From NCBI GenBank assembly GCA_000002445.1, contig CP000068.1:704001-768000 (forward strand): a DNA stretch of 64,000 bases, read 5' to 3'. This document shows, piece after piece, positions 11,301 to 20,865 of this stretch. The translations under genes and the position numbers were made by a program. Origin of the DNA: Trypanosoma brucei. Lineage: Eukaryota. A model generated the notes under the pieces. The model was not told the DNA's origin and did not search any database. It worked only from the letters and a program-made list of their open reading frames with translations. The number at the start of each line of letters is the position of its first letter. Position 1 is the stretch's first letter.

Positions 11301-12068
11301 AGAACGCAATGGAGGCATGCCCGCTGTTTGATGCGGCTTCTTTCCCAAATCGAGCGTCGCGTGTGGGGGTTTGAGAACCCGATTATGGTGGTGCCTTGTG
11401 TGCAGGAGACTCCTGCACTCCAGCGACTGCTGCTGTCGGAGGACCCCAACTGTGTTTCATACTCGCTCGAACGTCTCCAAGAGCTGTGCGATGCTGGAGT
11501 CAAAGCCAGCAAAGAGTGGTGCGATCTAGCTAAGCGCTTGTGCGAAGAAGTTCCAGTGGTAAGTGATACCGCTGCCAGTGAAGCGTTGGTTCGTCGGTTG
11601 CGCTCCGAGGTCGCAGCTGTTCCCCGTGTCGTATCCCTTTCGTCCCGTGGAACGATCGAGTTAACTAAGGGCGGACAGGCCTTTGTTATCCGCGTAACAG
11701 GACGCGTTTTATGCGCGTGCTCAACAGTCGGCGGCTCATTGGGACCGTGGTGGATAGCTTGTGTCGTCCGGCACAGCGGTCGGGAACATGTCACAGAAAG
11801 GCTTATGGCGCTTCGCACTGTAGCGGCGGTAGTGGAGCCAACAACAAGGGACACTCAGGGCGGCAATACGCGTGATAAAGACGCCACTGGAAAGGACCTC
11901 ACAACTCCACCACCACTGCTCTCAGCCTGGAGTATAGAAGAAACACTTTCATTTCCTCTACACGCTGTGGATGGCGAGGATCTTGATACAATTACGATGG
12001 TTGCTATCGTGATTTCGGCGAGGTATCGTGCCGATGCGGAGGTGGACGTAACCTTTGCAGCGGGATAA
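5355..12068 (+). CDS. Brr2/U5 snRNP 200-kDa-like tandem DExH-box helicase (Ski2-like, two helicase-Sec63 cassettes)
   Basis: The ORF-track start at 5340 is GTG and the first ATG is at 5355. The N-terminal cassette has Walker A LVCAPTGAGKTNVAMM, IIDEVHLL (DEVH), SATLPN, QMFGRAGR, followed by a Sec63-like region. The second cassette has FVAFPPGSGKTAVAE but IVDHVHLL, with Glu changed to His, consistent with the inactive C-terminal cassette of Brr2. The length of 2,237 aa is appropriate. Confidence 0.75.
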   Translation: MMAAITRYSPHSERTRVHYERFLRDIRRWLPPGLDDSIGEVAEETLSIVCRAGSGGFSGSGAATQLQNVRKQLETLFDSPLSAETLNEVLQYGRLIDDFVSTEDEPGAHTNNVVAEDGLSDLLLMQEGKGQRKPSDMSSSDSDGDTQKADYGKGRDLMKFAADVDSINDGFDDQNDDDDANCTNAIRVTFEEVACNPNYIRDSLRRLFPTQTIEECDLQAERVLQYCGKRSVDQLTLETQLTAFLGGYDDEAVTDWIATVAASRWDIVYGMSFASKQTQKEKSLVMDAVKEHARTDRVVERLYQSITGKELDNKPHSGERGNDADGSKPLRRVDLQAYAFKDERTPHQYTHAVVPQGTKRAVFETHDEVILPPTASATENLPCTPLAVFPEWARPAFPGVTQLNPMQSKIFECAFRSDENMLVCAPTGAGKTNVAMMAILRAISNNMSRTGLVNLRELKVVYVAPMKALVQEVVRTFSARLEPLGLAVIELTGDSGANQAQVGGAQLIVTTPEKWDVVTRKSVELGVASLLKLLIIDEVHLLHNERGPVLEAIVARTLLQQQHRCEAGIRLVGLSATLPNFHDVASFLQVDRQRGLFVFDSSYRPIPLQQTFCAVKKVRGTNQAAVMNLVVYDKVLEAATEGAQSLVFVHSRKDTDYTALYIVRRVVDDKRTHYFVRPGSDSEQVLREAVSDPSNSLRPSIQQMLPFGFAVHHAGMSREERSLVESLFAGGHVRVLVCTSTLAWGVNLPAHQVIIKGTRVFNAAKGETELLNALDVLQMFGRAGRVGFGSTLGRAAVITSAEDLQYYLSVLNNQLPIESQMMRRVVDMLNAEVVLGHITNLDEGVRWLQRTYLYIRMRRAPEIYGARASSNDPLLLRHLGNIVHTAADDLRRSQMVEYDSNTHRIATTSLGRIASHYYLTTTSMATYLTYLCNTMHDVDLFRLFSMSKEFSHIIVRPEEQSQLQYLLENAPIAVRESRYTPLAKINVLLQCYISNMNLQGLPLMSEMSYVKDSAQRILRALYEISLVREYGRTAQQMLQLYLMTVHQQWAVQSPARQLRHTVPPKVFASFIHALESRRVSWEEVRSWSLEDLVEKLSDERRAEAAYACIRRVPHFIVEAAVRPLTRRMLYVDVDITPDFMFDETVHTGTSGELVITVEHTNGRILHCERINLRAAALRGCETVSSPTIVVPVVDPKPTHYFVRCHSMNWLGVESSVAISLMNVLLPDIAPPLLEVHHRPPSVRSEDERDVSTAMQPYGMEAAASKVFPFTEFFQIQHDLVAPIMENRGESFFVAFPPGSGKTAVAEIFILKFLLECAHSRSANGVSSPVGGGNEEENNDGGESILRTEQKLLYLTATEACAMRRYNEWRYKFGEELNQRVAKLEPYGEELAIKAEKVRGATIIISCGSSFAPLLRHGAMDFLSAITHVIVDHVHLLRAPEGRWMEECVARLQSKPYIVNRGQGPARLLALSYPLISCTEVSRWMKVPTARQYNYGNSYRQLRVRLEAVEQFSARSRYAAATISVLKLLQNDRYAVSPCVIFVPTAQDAEELARRIVLRCRDFVPTDACEDVEDRQLALLLASGVAYMHRGSSLLDELNITEKVERPARHPKTDEPLPLYLVCSFEAAWRLPAALFATAFVCAAERIGNVCEEDKESEVGDFATDCSVSELLQMTSRALNEAVVYCRAARRWVWSRLLNDPLPIESHLRYPEDFRDTINTAVAQGRARDMPDVLRILQSHYFLHHLRTNLHFYGVPSKEDIPAYASEFARSVIASLQRTGCVTSSSNSASSTGCDGDELTALQPTPRGVAAMRHGISIESLEAIDEAVSANSRCGDSVTRMWRVIASCCVELTPQHVGDAARIVDIAELSALHVVARAFPHTYDVQYLDMDFSKGWTKVHLLVLAHCARMFVLPVSCDDGGVEAERGEIDALHPFASRSSLAVEPQLLLQIPHSVAERLLEDLNVLLPVVLDLVRGVSEIFDGRTQWRHARCLMRLLSQIERRVWGFENPIMVVPCVQETPALQRLLLSEDPNCVSYSLERLQELCDAGVKASKEWCDLAKRLCEEVPVVSDTAASEALVRRLRSEVAAVPRVVSLSSRGTIELTKGGQAFVIRVTGRVLCACSTVGGSLGPWWIACVVRHSGREHVTERLMALRTVAAVVEPTTRDTQGGNTRDKDATGKDLTTPPPLLSAWSIEETLSFPLHAVDGEDLDTITMVAIVISARYRADAEVDVTFAAG

Positions 12069-13125
12069 GGTCAACTGGAGGGACCAGTTGAGGGGCGTTT
12101 GGGCGAGGGAGGGTGGTGACGACGAAGATAAATAAATCGATAAACATTTTCTATGGGGGAGGAGATAATACATGTGGGTGTGAGCGTGTGTGTCAGTTTG
12201 TCATTTGAGGGGTGCTGACACGTATGAAACCTAGGAAATTCAGCAGGAGCGAAATTTGAATGTGTGCACTGACAGTGGTAAGTGGAGTCTCTCTAAACTG
12301 ATCCTCCTTTCGAAAGATAATGCTGAAAACACACTAACAGTTTCAACGGACTAATACTCCACTTGTGCTGCCCGTGCAATTTTTGAAAAAAACTCTCCCG
12401 GCGGCGCCCGGTGCTGCCCCCAGAGATACGAGGGGTTGTAGCCGTTTATTTTACAAGTCAATTGTGTTCCGACTGCTTTCTCTCACGGTTTTCTCTTTCC
12501 TTCCTGCTGCTTGGCTGGATCGTAAGATGTAGGACGAAGGGAAAGAAAGTGATAACCTATCCGACCTTTCGATTTCTTGTTGCGCGTGGCATATAAAAGG
12601 GGGTTGCATTCATATACCGACAGCGAAGCAGACGCGCGAGCAGACTTAGAGGTGGTTGTAAGTGTGCACGTGAACGCCCGCTGCTACCTTTGCAAACTAC
12701 AGCCACGGTATCTGATCTTTTTTTTGGCGTGTTGATTGATTAGATTCCCCGTTTATCGGTCGCGACGTTAGGCGCGCGGGCTTACGTTAGCGACTTAATC
12801 TCATATTCTTTGATCTTACCCCTTCCACTTCAGTAGGCTGGAAGGAAGAGGAGTTGAGAATAGGGTCGAGAAGGAAAGTGCTTAAGAGCTGTAAAACGCA
12901 AGGCGTCTGAAGGCTTTGCCTCTCTAGGGAGTATTTTGAACCTTGTTTAGCCGTGGCACCAAAATACCGTGTGTGTGTGTGTGCACGCGTCGTCATCATC
13001 ATCAGTTCATCGGTACACATCATTACTGCAGGCACGTGCCCCGACTGGGTGGCGTCATTTCCGTTACACACGACAACTCGTTCCCACTGTAGACCAACGC
13101 TCACCTGCGAGAGTGCAGGAGAGAG

Positions 13126-15957
13126 ATGCAACGTGCCCAGATTCTCAAAGCGGGCGCAGTTTGCGCCGGTCGTCGAGAGAAATGCTCGGCAACCTCCTCC
13201 GCATCCTCGGGCTCTTCACCGAAAACAAACAGTTCAGGTACTTTACAGGTTTGTCGAGGGCGGCAACGGACTGTTAGTGAAGCACCATCCACCCCAGGAA
13301 GCGAGGGTATACGGTTCGGGGTTCAAGGATCCCTTCGAAGATTTTGGAATAGTCGTTCACAGTCAGGGAAGCCCATTGCTACCGATGCTTCCGTTGATGG
13401 GAAGTGCACAAGCATAACGACCGATGAGGTGAAAGTGCCGTCTTCCGTCTCCGTTTCCTCGCCTATCCACGTGTGTGACGATGTGGTTACCACGAAGGGT
13501 GACTGTGGGTTAGTGTGCACTGGGACTCAAACTAGCGTGGAGTTTTGTCGACATCTCAGTTTGCAGCAATGCGGTGTGGCCGTTGAGCACGGCGTTGATT
13601 CAAGTCTTCACAGCGAGGGATTGCTCCCAAAGCTGCGGTACGGCTCGAGGCGAATGGTTAAGCGACTGATGAGACGTCTTCGGTTGCCAAGTACCTGGGA
13701 GGCAACACTCATTCACTCACTTAACGAGGCCAGAGGGAATCCACACACTGTCGCTGCCGCATTAACCAAGCAGCTGGATAGCAGTTGCGGGAAGTTAGTG
13801 TTACTTCCGCCTATAACGGCTGTGGGTGGGGAGAATCTGGAGTGTTGTAGAACACAATATAACACACAACGTACTGATGAAGTACCTCGTGTGCAGGGTG
13901 GGGAAGGTGTTTCGGATGAAATCACGCATAGTCCCGTGCGGCGTATGGATGGTGCCCCGCCATTGACTGTCGGAGAGGTAAGTGGTGCGCAGCCCAACAA
14001 GCAGAGGGCTTTCCCCTTGCAAACCACGAATGCATCGGCAGAGGACTCAAATTTATCGGCATGTGTATCCGGGAATACACCCGAAGGTCCGGCGCGTCCG
14101 TCGTTCGGTGGTCTTGACCTGGACACCGGCGTGGGTGCCGTGGGCAGGAAGGGTTCCATTGTGGGAACACCGTCGGGATCTAGCGAGAATCAGCCAGGGG
14201 ACGCGAACAAAACCTCGACCCTAAGGACGAAAGGTGCCTCCACCGCCGCCTCCGGGGGATTGCCGTTGAGAGCACCACGGGTAGGGGAAGACTTTCAGTT
14301 ACAGGAGGTGTGTAAAGTAAACGCACCGTTTGCGGATGGTTCGTTGCGGACTGACTCCATTTTTCAGTTGCCGGGCCTGTCGTGCAGGGAAACACCATCA
14401 TGTGAGCAGAGTTTGCCAAAGGCGGGCCTGGAGTTGTCGTTGTCAACTGACAATAAGGAAGCGAGTCGTATGGAGGGCGTCGGCGGCGCATACTTCTCCG
14501 GGGGGAAGGGGGGCGCATGTCCTTCAGAGAAGTTCTGGACATCGAGTCGCTCAGTTGATGAAGCAAACCCGGTGGACCCATTTGCAACGGACGGGACATT
14601 AAACCGTGCTGTTCTTCAGAAGACTGCGTTTGCTACACCCTTAACTCCTCCATTGATCAGTGCAGCAGCTACCGAAGAAGGATGTGTGCCTCCGCCACCC
14701 ACGCTCAGCGTAGGAACCACCGAGGACAAAGGCATTCCCTCATTACCGCCACCACCACCGCCGCCACCACCGCCTGTTCGAGGGAAAGTACCGGAAAACC
14801 GCCGGTGTTGTAAAACGCGCAGTGTTCCCATAGATAAAACACAATACATCGCGGGGAGCTCGGCGTTTTGCGCGAGTGAGCCTGTTAACCTGCCTGGAGA
14901 TTTTTTTCAAATTCTCGCGGAGGAATTCAAGCTTGCCGAATCCTCCTCCACAAGGAAAGCGCCGGGTTTGGTAGCAGAGACCATTGTCAGTACAGATCGC
15001 GAGAAAAACGTTGGCGTGGTGCTGCGTGTTCTTCGGCTTCCTGTGAGTACCATCGAAGAGTGCGTACGCAGTTTCGACGATGATACGCTATCGGAGGAGT
15101 GTGTAGCTAGTTTGGCCAAAGTAATTCCCACAAAGGAAGAGAGGCGTTTGGTTGAATCGTGGATTAATCAAGACCCTGCTGTTGAGGCATGTAAGTTGCA
15201 TCGATTGAGTACGGTGTCCCAGTTTTTCGTTATGTGCGTCTCAGTTGACTTGTACGCTGAGCGTATAGAATGCTGGAACATGCGAAACGAATTTAATTGC
15301 CGCGTTGAGGATCTTGAACAGAAACTGAAGCGTGCTCATGACGGCATTCGGGCGGCCCTGGACACTAAACGTCTGCCAAGGGTTCTTCAGTATATTTTAG
15401 CGATCGGCAACTTTCTAAACGCTGGTAGCAGGTATGAAGATGCAAAAGGATTTTCGATCTCCCAGCTTGACCAGATAATACAGTTCCCGACTACGGACAG
15501 AAAGCGTACTTTACTGGAGCATGCTGTGATGGTCATTGAGCGATGCGAACCAGACTTGCACCGATTTACACAAGAGTTGCTACCGAAGGTGGAGTACGCA
15601 GGTGGCTTTGACACGGTCGGCGTCACCAGTGAAATTCAGTACCTTCGAGAACGATTGGAAAAATGCGTGACGCTGGTTCATACTATTGCAGAAGATAATC
15701 CCTGGACTTCAAAACTTGACCCTTTTTTACGTAGTGCCCTACCTGCAATGGAACGTATCGAGCAGCATCACAGTGACTTAGAGGCTGTTAGCGAAGAATT
15801 GGCGATCTTCTTTTGCGAGGACCCAAAGACGTTCCCCATGAACAAAGTCATGCGATGCCTCTCGAGTTTTGCGAAAAGGTACGATGGGAAGAGGGCCCTA
15901 TTGCAGGGGAGGAAAATGAACCCTTCTAAGAACCCCCGTCGTGCAATTAGAAGTTAA
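13126..15957 (+). CDS. formin (FH1 poly-proline plus FH2 domain)
   Basis: An 11-Pro FH1 tract (LPPPPPPPPPPPVRGK, about 14745-14790) is followed by an FH2 core signature ILAIGNFLNAGSRYEDAKGFSISQLDQII...RKRTLLEHAV (the GNxxNxG ... TLLH pattern). The N-terminal 450 aa or so is Ser/Gly/Thr-rich and disordered. Confidence 0.65.
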   Translation: MQRAQILKAGAVCAGRREKCSATSSASSGSSPKTNSSGTLQVCRGRQRTVSEAPSTPGSEGIRFGVQGSLRRFWNSRSQSGKPIATDASVDGKCTSITTDEVKVPSSVSVSSPIHVCDDVVTTKGDCGLVCTGTQTSVEFCRHLSLQQCGVAVEHGVDSSLHSEGLLPKLRYGSRRMVKRLMRRLRLPSTWEATLIHSLNEARGNPHTVAAALTKQLDSSCGKLVLLPPITAVGGENLECCRTQYNTQRTDEVPRVQGGEGVSDEITHSPVRRMDGAPPLTVGEVSGAQPNKQRAFPLQTTNASAEDSNLSACVSGNTPEGPARPSFGGLDLDTGVGAVGRKGSIVGTPSGSSENQPGDANKTSTLRTKGASTAASGGLPLRAPRVGEDFQLQEVCKVNAPFADGSLRTDSIFQLPGLSCRETPSCEQSLPKAGLELSLSTDNKEASRMEGVGGAYFSGGKGGACPSEKFWTSSRSVDEANPVDPFATDGTLNRAVLQKTAFATPLTPPLISAAATEEGCVPPPPTLSVGTTEDKGIPSLPPPPPPPPPPVRGKVPENRRCCKTRSVPIDKTQYIAGSSAFCASEPVNLPGDFFQILAEEFKLAESSSTRKAPGLVAETIVSTDREKNVGVVLRVLRLPVSTIEECVRSFDDDTLSEECVASLAKVIPTKEERRLVESWINQDPAVEACKLHRLSTVSQFFVMCVSVDLYAERIECWNMRNEFNCRVEDLEQKLKRAHDGIRAALDTKRLPRVLQYILAIGNFLNAGSRYEDAKGFSISQLDQIIQFPTTDRKRTLLEHAVMVIERCEPDLHRFTQELLPKVEYAGGFDTVGVTSEIQYLRERLEKCVTLVHTIAEDNPWTSKLDPFLRSALPAMERIEQHHSDLEAVSEELAIFFCEDPKTFPMNKVMRCLSSFAKRYDGKRALLQGRKMNPSKNPRRAIRS

Positions 15958-17170
15958 AATGGGTGTGGAGAAGTGAAGGTTGAATTGGCCCCATGCCGCC
16001 GCCCGGAGAGACGTGAGTAAATGCTCTCTGTCACTTGCAGCGGAAGCGGACCGTCGCATATGTTCAGCTAGCGGTCGCGGTTTAGTGATATGACGTTTAC
16101 CAGGGTACGCGGAGTGCAACGTGAGCATGAGCATTTTTCGTTTCCGTGTCGACAACTATGGTTTGTAGAGGTCCTCATCCACATACACCACTGTTTTTTT
16201 TAAATTCTATATGTCTTTGTGGATGTTGTGGAGATGCTTACGTAGCGAGATAATTCGCCGCGAGGAACAGGGATGGATCCCGCAAGGAGTACATCACTCT
16301 TGAAGTTTGACAACAGTGTTTCATATTTGCTGCTAAGTGTGTGTGTGCATGTGTGGTAGTTGGAAAAATATGCAATGAAGGGAGAGGCGAGTGCCCAGAT
16401 TTTCAAATCAACTAGAAAAAGAGATAAAAAGCAAGAAACAACGTGAAAAGTTAAAAGTGGTCTTGTTGTAAATCCAAAAGTGTTGCAACCTTCGTATTTA
16501 CGCCTAAAGTGCATTTGTATTTCTATATTTGTTTCAACAGCGCAGCACTTGCTGCTGTTTTTTTTATTACTCCCCACTGGGTTTGGGACCCTTAAAGTCA
16601 TTGTCCACGTGTTCGCCATTTATTTTCATTCACTTTTCGCTTTGGTTATTTTCGTTCATACAAATGCAATTATTAATGTTGTTACATTGAGTGTCACCCT
16701 AACAACTTTTTCCATTATACATTCTCTTGTTATTCCGTGCATAATTTTTTTTTTTTGCGTATGGTTCGTGTGTGTGTAACCGCGTTATTTATACCGTTCT
16801 GTTTAAAGATCTATTAGCTCAGATTTCCGGTGACCAGTTGGACTCTAGGTTGTGCTGAAGGGTTAAACTTGCTTGTTTCACGGAGAAAAGAGCCCTTCCA
16901 TCCAGTTCCAACGAACACCCCATTTTCACAGAAACTTGATTTTTCTTTCACTTCACCGTGTACGTCAGTCTTGTTTTCATTTTAACTTTACTGACTTGCT
17001 TTGTCATGCATAGTTTCCCTTTGAGTGTAGAGTGCGCGCTAGGAAGAGTGGAGGTGGTGAACATGATACCTGTGGTTTCGAAATGTTGTCCTGCCATCAT
17101 GTTATTGAGGTAATGTTACGCTGTTACCCCAATTGGTGTACATTTGCGATAACACTGACTCATTGTGAAA

Positions 17171-17240
17171 CTGCTTCCCCTTGCTTTATTTTCTTGTTCT
17201 TGTTCATCCTTTTTTTTTCTACTAATTTTTCTCGATTTTG
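17171..17240 (+). promoter_or_regulatory. polypyrimidine tract: putative trans-splice acceptor region for the NPPF-motif gene
   Basis: A long C/T run (cttccccttgctttattttcttgttcttgttcatcctttttttttctactaatttttctcgattttg) with AG at 17247-17248, upstream of the ATG at 17343. Confidence 0.3.
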
Positions 17241-17342
17241 CGAGGCAGTGGTTGGGTCGCCTGCGGGAAATACCGTTTAAGGGCCCAGGAGAGAAGGCAG
17301 GTTGTCCTCGGTTTACCTCTGTGCTTCATAAATCAGCAACTC

Positions 17343-19478
17343 ATGCGCGTGCGAACAAAGCGAGAAGGCGTTAGCAACAACTTTGGAAGCGCTTATGTCA
17401 ACTGTGAAATCATCAGTGCCTTCATCAAGCAAAAAAGGGAGGAAAACTCCTCCTCTGGACTTTGTCCGTCCGCGCACACCGCTGTAGAGTGGAGTATCCG
17501 AGCTGGTTCCCGAACAGCATTTTTGCTTCACGAGGTTCCCATATCCTGTGGACCGTCATCTCCCGTTGGTAAGGAGTGTGGTGCACCTGAAAACAATGAC
17601 AATTCCGTCGAGAATGGCGACACCGGGACATATAAGTTGGTAATAGGTGACGAAGTTGTGTCTGCCATAATGAGTGCAGACGATGAGTTGGATCGGTCCG
17701 ATGCTTTGCGTCTCCTTTCGCAAAAGCTTTGTGAAGTCTTTCGCATACCTGTGGGGATCACCACGGGCGACAACAGCCACGGTAATTGCCTGTGGAGTGA
17801 GGAGGGTTCGTGTTCAGTGTTGACACCACAAGAATTACGGGAGCTACCCTCACGCTGGATAATGCAGAGCCTAAACGAAGCCACCGTGGCGAGTTCACAC
17901 CGTAACGGCGTTACACTTCTTGATTGTGGCGCAACAGTGTGTTTGAAGTCAGAGGTTCTCAATGACGAGCCAAAACGCGAACTCAGTAGCGAGCCTGTGC
18001 GTAAAAGGAACTATAAACCTGGTAATGCGCCACAGTATCGGGTGTGTGACGTCGCTGACATGGCTAACGGGCAATATTGGGTTGAGGTGGAGCCGTTAAT
18101 AACTGGTCCAGAATCAACAGGATCTGTAGCCCGAAGGCGGTTTGATCGGGATGAGTTGCTGTTAAGTCCACCCCAACCCGTATACTTTGATCCACTTCTT
18201 CCAGTTGATGAGATAAATAATTCTCGTGGGACGTCGGCATGTCTTTTTCTTTCGGCAGTGTTAGCAGTTGGTCGGATACGTTCTGAACGTGCGGCAATCG
18301 GTGATCTGTCGATGTGGGACATGTATCCGAAAAATGTTACGTTGCAAATGGGTTACGCTTCGCGAGATATAAGGCGCAAAGTGCACGAACTGTGTGCGGC
18401 ACGTCGCGACGCTCTCCACGTGGAGGGTGGCACTGAAGGTACAGACGTGAAAAAAGAGGAGTTGGAGTTGCGGTTAGTTACTGACTACGTAACTTTGCGC
18501 TACAAGGGGAAAACAATTGAAGTCCTGCAACGAACGGTGGAACGTCTGTCGTTGCTATGGGACGCGCGGTTGGCAGTGAGAAGAGTGAGGGGGGCTAGGA
18601 GGGCACACGAATTATGGCTTGACGCTGTAGAAACACAGGCCGCATCAGATTTTTCTGAGAAGATACACGTTTTCAGCACCGTTGAGCCGTTCTTTATGCG
18701 CCTGTTTACTTTGTTGCTGCGGTATAGTTCACTGTTCGGTGATTTAGGTTATAATCAAGGGCCGCATGCCGCTGTTCCACCGGCAATCATGCAACAGTTG
18801 TGTCAGGTATTTGATATTCAGTGTGAGGCATTTGCAAGCCCACTCAATGCTCAGTTGCCGCTATTTTGCTCCCTGTTCCCCGACACTGATTACTTTTTTG
18901 GGTCACTGGGTTCCTTTTTCGACATCGCGCTGACAGCAGGACATTTTGAGGTAAATCCACCTTTTGTAACTGCGGTGTTACAGCGGCTGGAAAAATTACT
19001 GCTGAAAGACACCCTACCTATTAACGACAGTGATGGTGCTGCATCTATGTTATTTGTTGTAGTGCTTCCGTCCCACGACCTAGATGAAACTGAGAGGAGT
19101 GATGGCCTGGAAGGGGGAGCGCCGGTTGCAGGGAACACCACTCTGAGGCAGAATAATAACTGCGATAGGAAGAGGGGCCGCTTTGAAAACGATGGGAGAG
19201 ATAAAGGTGGCGGAAATGCTGTAAGCACCGACCGGGCACTACGGGAGAGTCCGTACTGTCTTGCTCACGTTCTTTGTTCTGCCCATGAGTCCGTGTACGT
19301 TGACGGACATCAGCACATGCTTCGTGCACCCCTTTTTTGTATTGGGTCTCCAACACGACTTATTGTGCTGGGAAATCGAACGGCCCGCCTTCGTTACAGC
19401 GACGCCGCAACGCGGTTACAATCTGTGCGAGAGGCATGGCGGGGCTACACCTTGGAGAACAGAGTTGATAGCCCGTAG
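17343..19478 (+). CDS. hypothetical protein with NPPF amino-methyltransferase-type motif (PCIF1-like?)
   Basis: The ORF-track start at 17238 is TTG and the first ATG is at 17343. The protein contains ...FFDIALTAGHFEVNPPFVTAVLQRLEKL. The [N/D]PP[F/Y/W] tetrapeptide is the catalytic motif IV of N6-adenine and amino methyltransferases (PCIF1 = NPPF). No other recognisable domain. Confidence 0.55.
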   Translation: MRVRTKREGVSNNFGSAYVNCEIISAFIKQKREENSSSGLCPSAHTAVEWSIRAGSRTAFLLHEVPISCGPSSPVGKECGAPENNDNSVENGDTGTYKLVIGDEVVSAIMSADDELDRSDALRLLSQKLCEVFRIPVGITTGDNSHGNCLWSEEGSCSVLTPQELRELPSRWIMQSLNEATVASSHRNGVTLLDCGATVCLKSEVLNDEPKRELSSEPVRKRNYKPGNAPQYRVCDVADMANGQYWVEVEPLITGPESTGSVARRRFDRDELLLSPPQPVYFDPLLPVDEINNSRGTSACLFLSAVLAVGRIRSERAAIGDLSMWDMYPKNVTLQMGYASRDIRRKVHELCAARRDALHVEGGTEGTDVKKEELELRLVTDYVTLRYKGKTIEVLQRTVERLSLLWDARLAVRRVRGARRAHELWLDAVETQAASDFSEKIHVFSTVEPFFMRLFTLLLRYSSLFGDLGYNQGPHAAVPPAIMQQLCQVFDIQCEAFASPLNAQLPLFCSLFPDTDYFFGSLGSFFDIALTAGHFEVNPPFVTAVLQRLEKLLLKDTLPINDSDGAASMLFVVVLPSHDLDETERSDGLEGGAPVAGNTTLRQNNNCDRKRGRFENDGRDKGGGNAVSTDRALRESPYCLAHVLCSAHESVYVDGHQHMLRAPLFCIGSPTRLIVLGNRTARLRYSDAATRLQSVREAWRGYTLENRVDSP

Positions 19479-20865
19479 TCTGCCCGTGCATACGTTTATT
19501 TGGAAAACATTTTTGCTTTTCCCTCCCAGACTGCTAGGCGAGTTTTCTTTCTTCTAGCGTTATTTCAAGTGCACTACCGACGCTCTGGTGCCAGGCTTCT
19601 CACTTATTCCAGTAGAAGCTCCACTTCTGTCCAACATCGCGGGTGGAGCCCCTGCTTTATCTAATTTTTTTTCTCCTCCCCTTTTCGCATGTTTGTTTTT
19701 GTGGCTCTCGGAGCCCCTCCTCCCGACTACTTTTTCATTGAGTTGATGCACCTGCGGGGATTTGTGTGCTGTCGGTGCAGGATGGTTGGTGAAAGTTATA
19801 ACCACAACTCGCTGATTTCAAGTGCTCCTCATCCCCACGTTAAAAAAAATATTTATACTGTGTTTTTTTTTTGAGCGCAGAGGCACATTTGGAATGAAAT
19901 CATCCATCAATGTTGGCCAACCCGTCCTTAAAACGCTTCGAACCCCCTCTGCAGTTCATACCCAGTTTAAGAGGTGCCAGCGACTCTGGAAATTTTATAA
20001 AGGGGTGGTGATGTGGCGGCGAGCAGTTTAATATATTTATTTCTTCTTTGGCTGCTTTACGTTGAGCTTGTCTCGTGAGGCGTAGCGACACACTTACGGG
20101 GGGAAGGGGGAGGGGGACAGATTAAACCGGTTAATATTTCCTTCCGCTCTACCAACATCTCGGGGGGGGGGGAGGTTGTGATGCATGTGCATGTGCTTGT
20201 GTGTGTGGAAATACTCCAGTTATGCAGCATGAGATGCATATAGAAGTAGGAGAATCCCTTTATTCCTGACGTTTGTACAGATCCACGCCTGCGTACAATC
20301 AATGGAGCCTGAGCCTCTCTTTAACCTCGAGGTGCCATATGTCCCGTTGTTGGTTTAATTTTATATGAGGCATGAAGAAGGTGCTTGTATGCATGGAAGT
20401 TCTTGCTGCTGTGGGCTGTTCGACGTAGGGGACACACACACAAAAAAAAGTAGCGACAACGAAAATATTAACCGAAACGGTGGCTAGTTGTGCTTAGTCC
20501 CTTGTTTTTTTTCTGTGATTTCTGTTGCAAACTACATCCTTTTACTCCTTCATTATCTTGCACCGTCAAAATGTCGAGGTTGGCAATTTTTGATCCTAGT
20601 ACTGCACCGCAACAGGCGGGGAAGGAGGTGTCATCGAAATAAAGAGGGAACGACACCAGGGCAATTCACAAAACAAGCGGTGGCAAAAATATTTATCCCT
20701 TAACATCTTAGCGGCATTTGAACTTTGGCAGTTGATATTGGGAGTAAGAGTTTAAAAGAAGGTAAGACCAAACCTCGATCCCACAATCTCTTTTACCTTG
20801 TAGTGTCAGCTGCTTATACTCGGCACTTCTCATCACCTACGGCATTCGTTCGAGGAAACTCGTAG

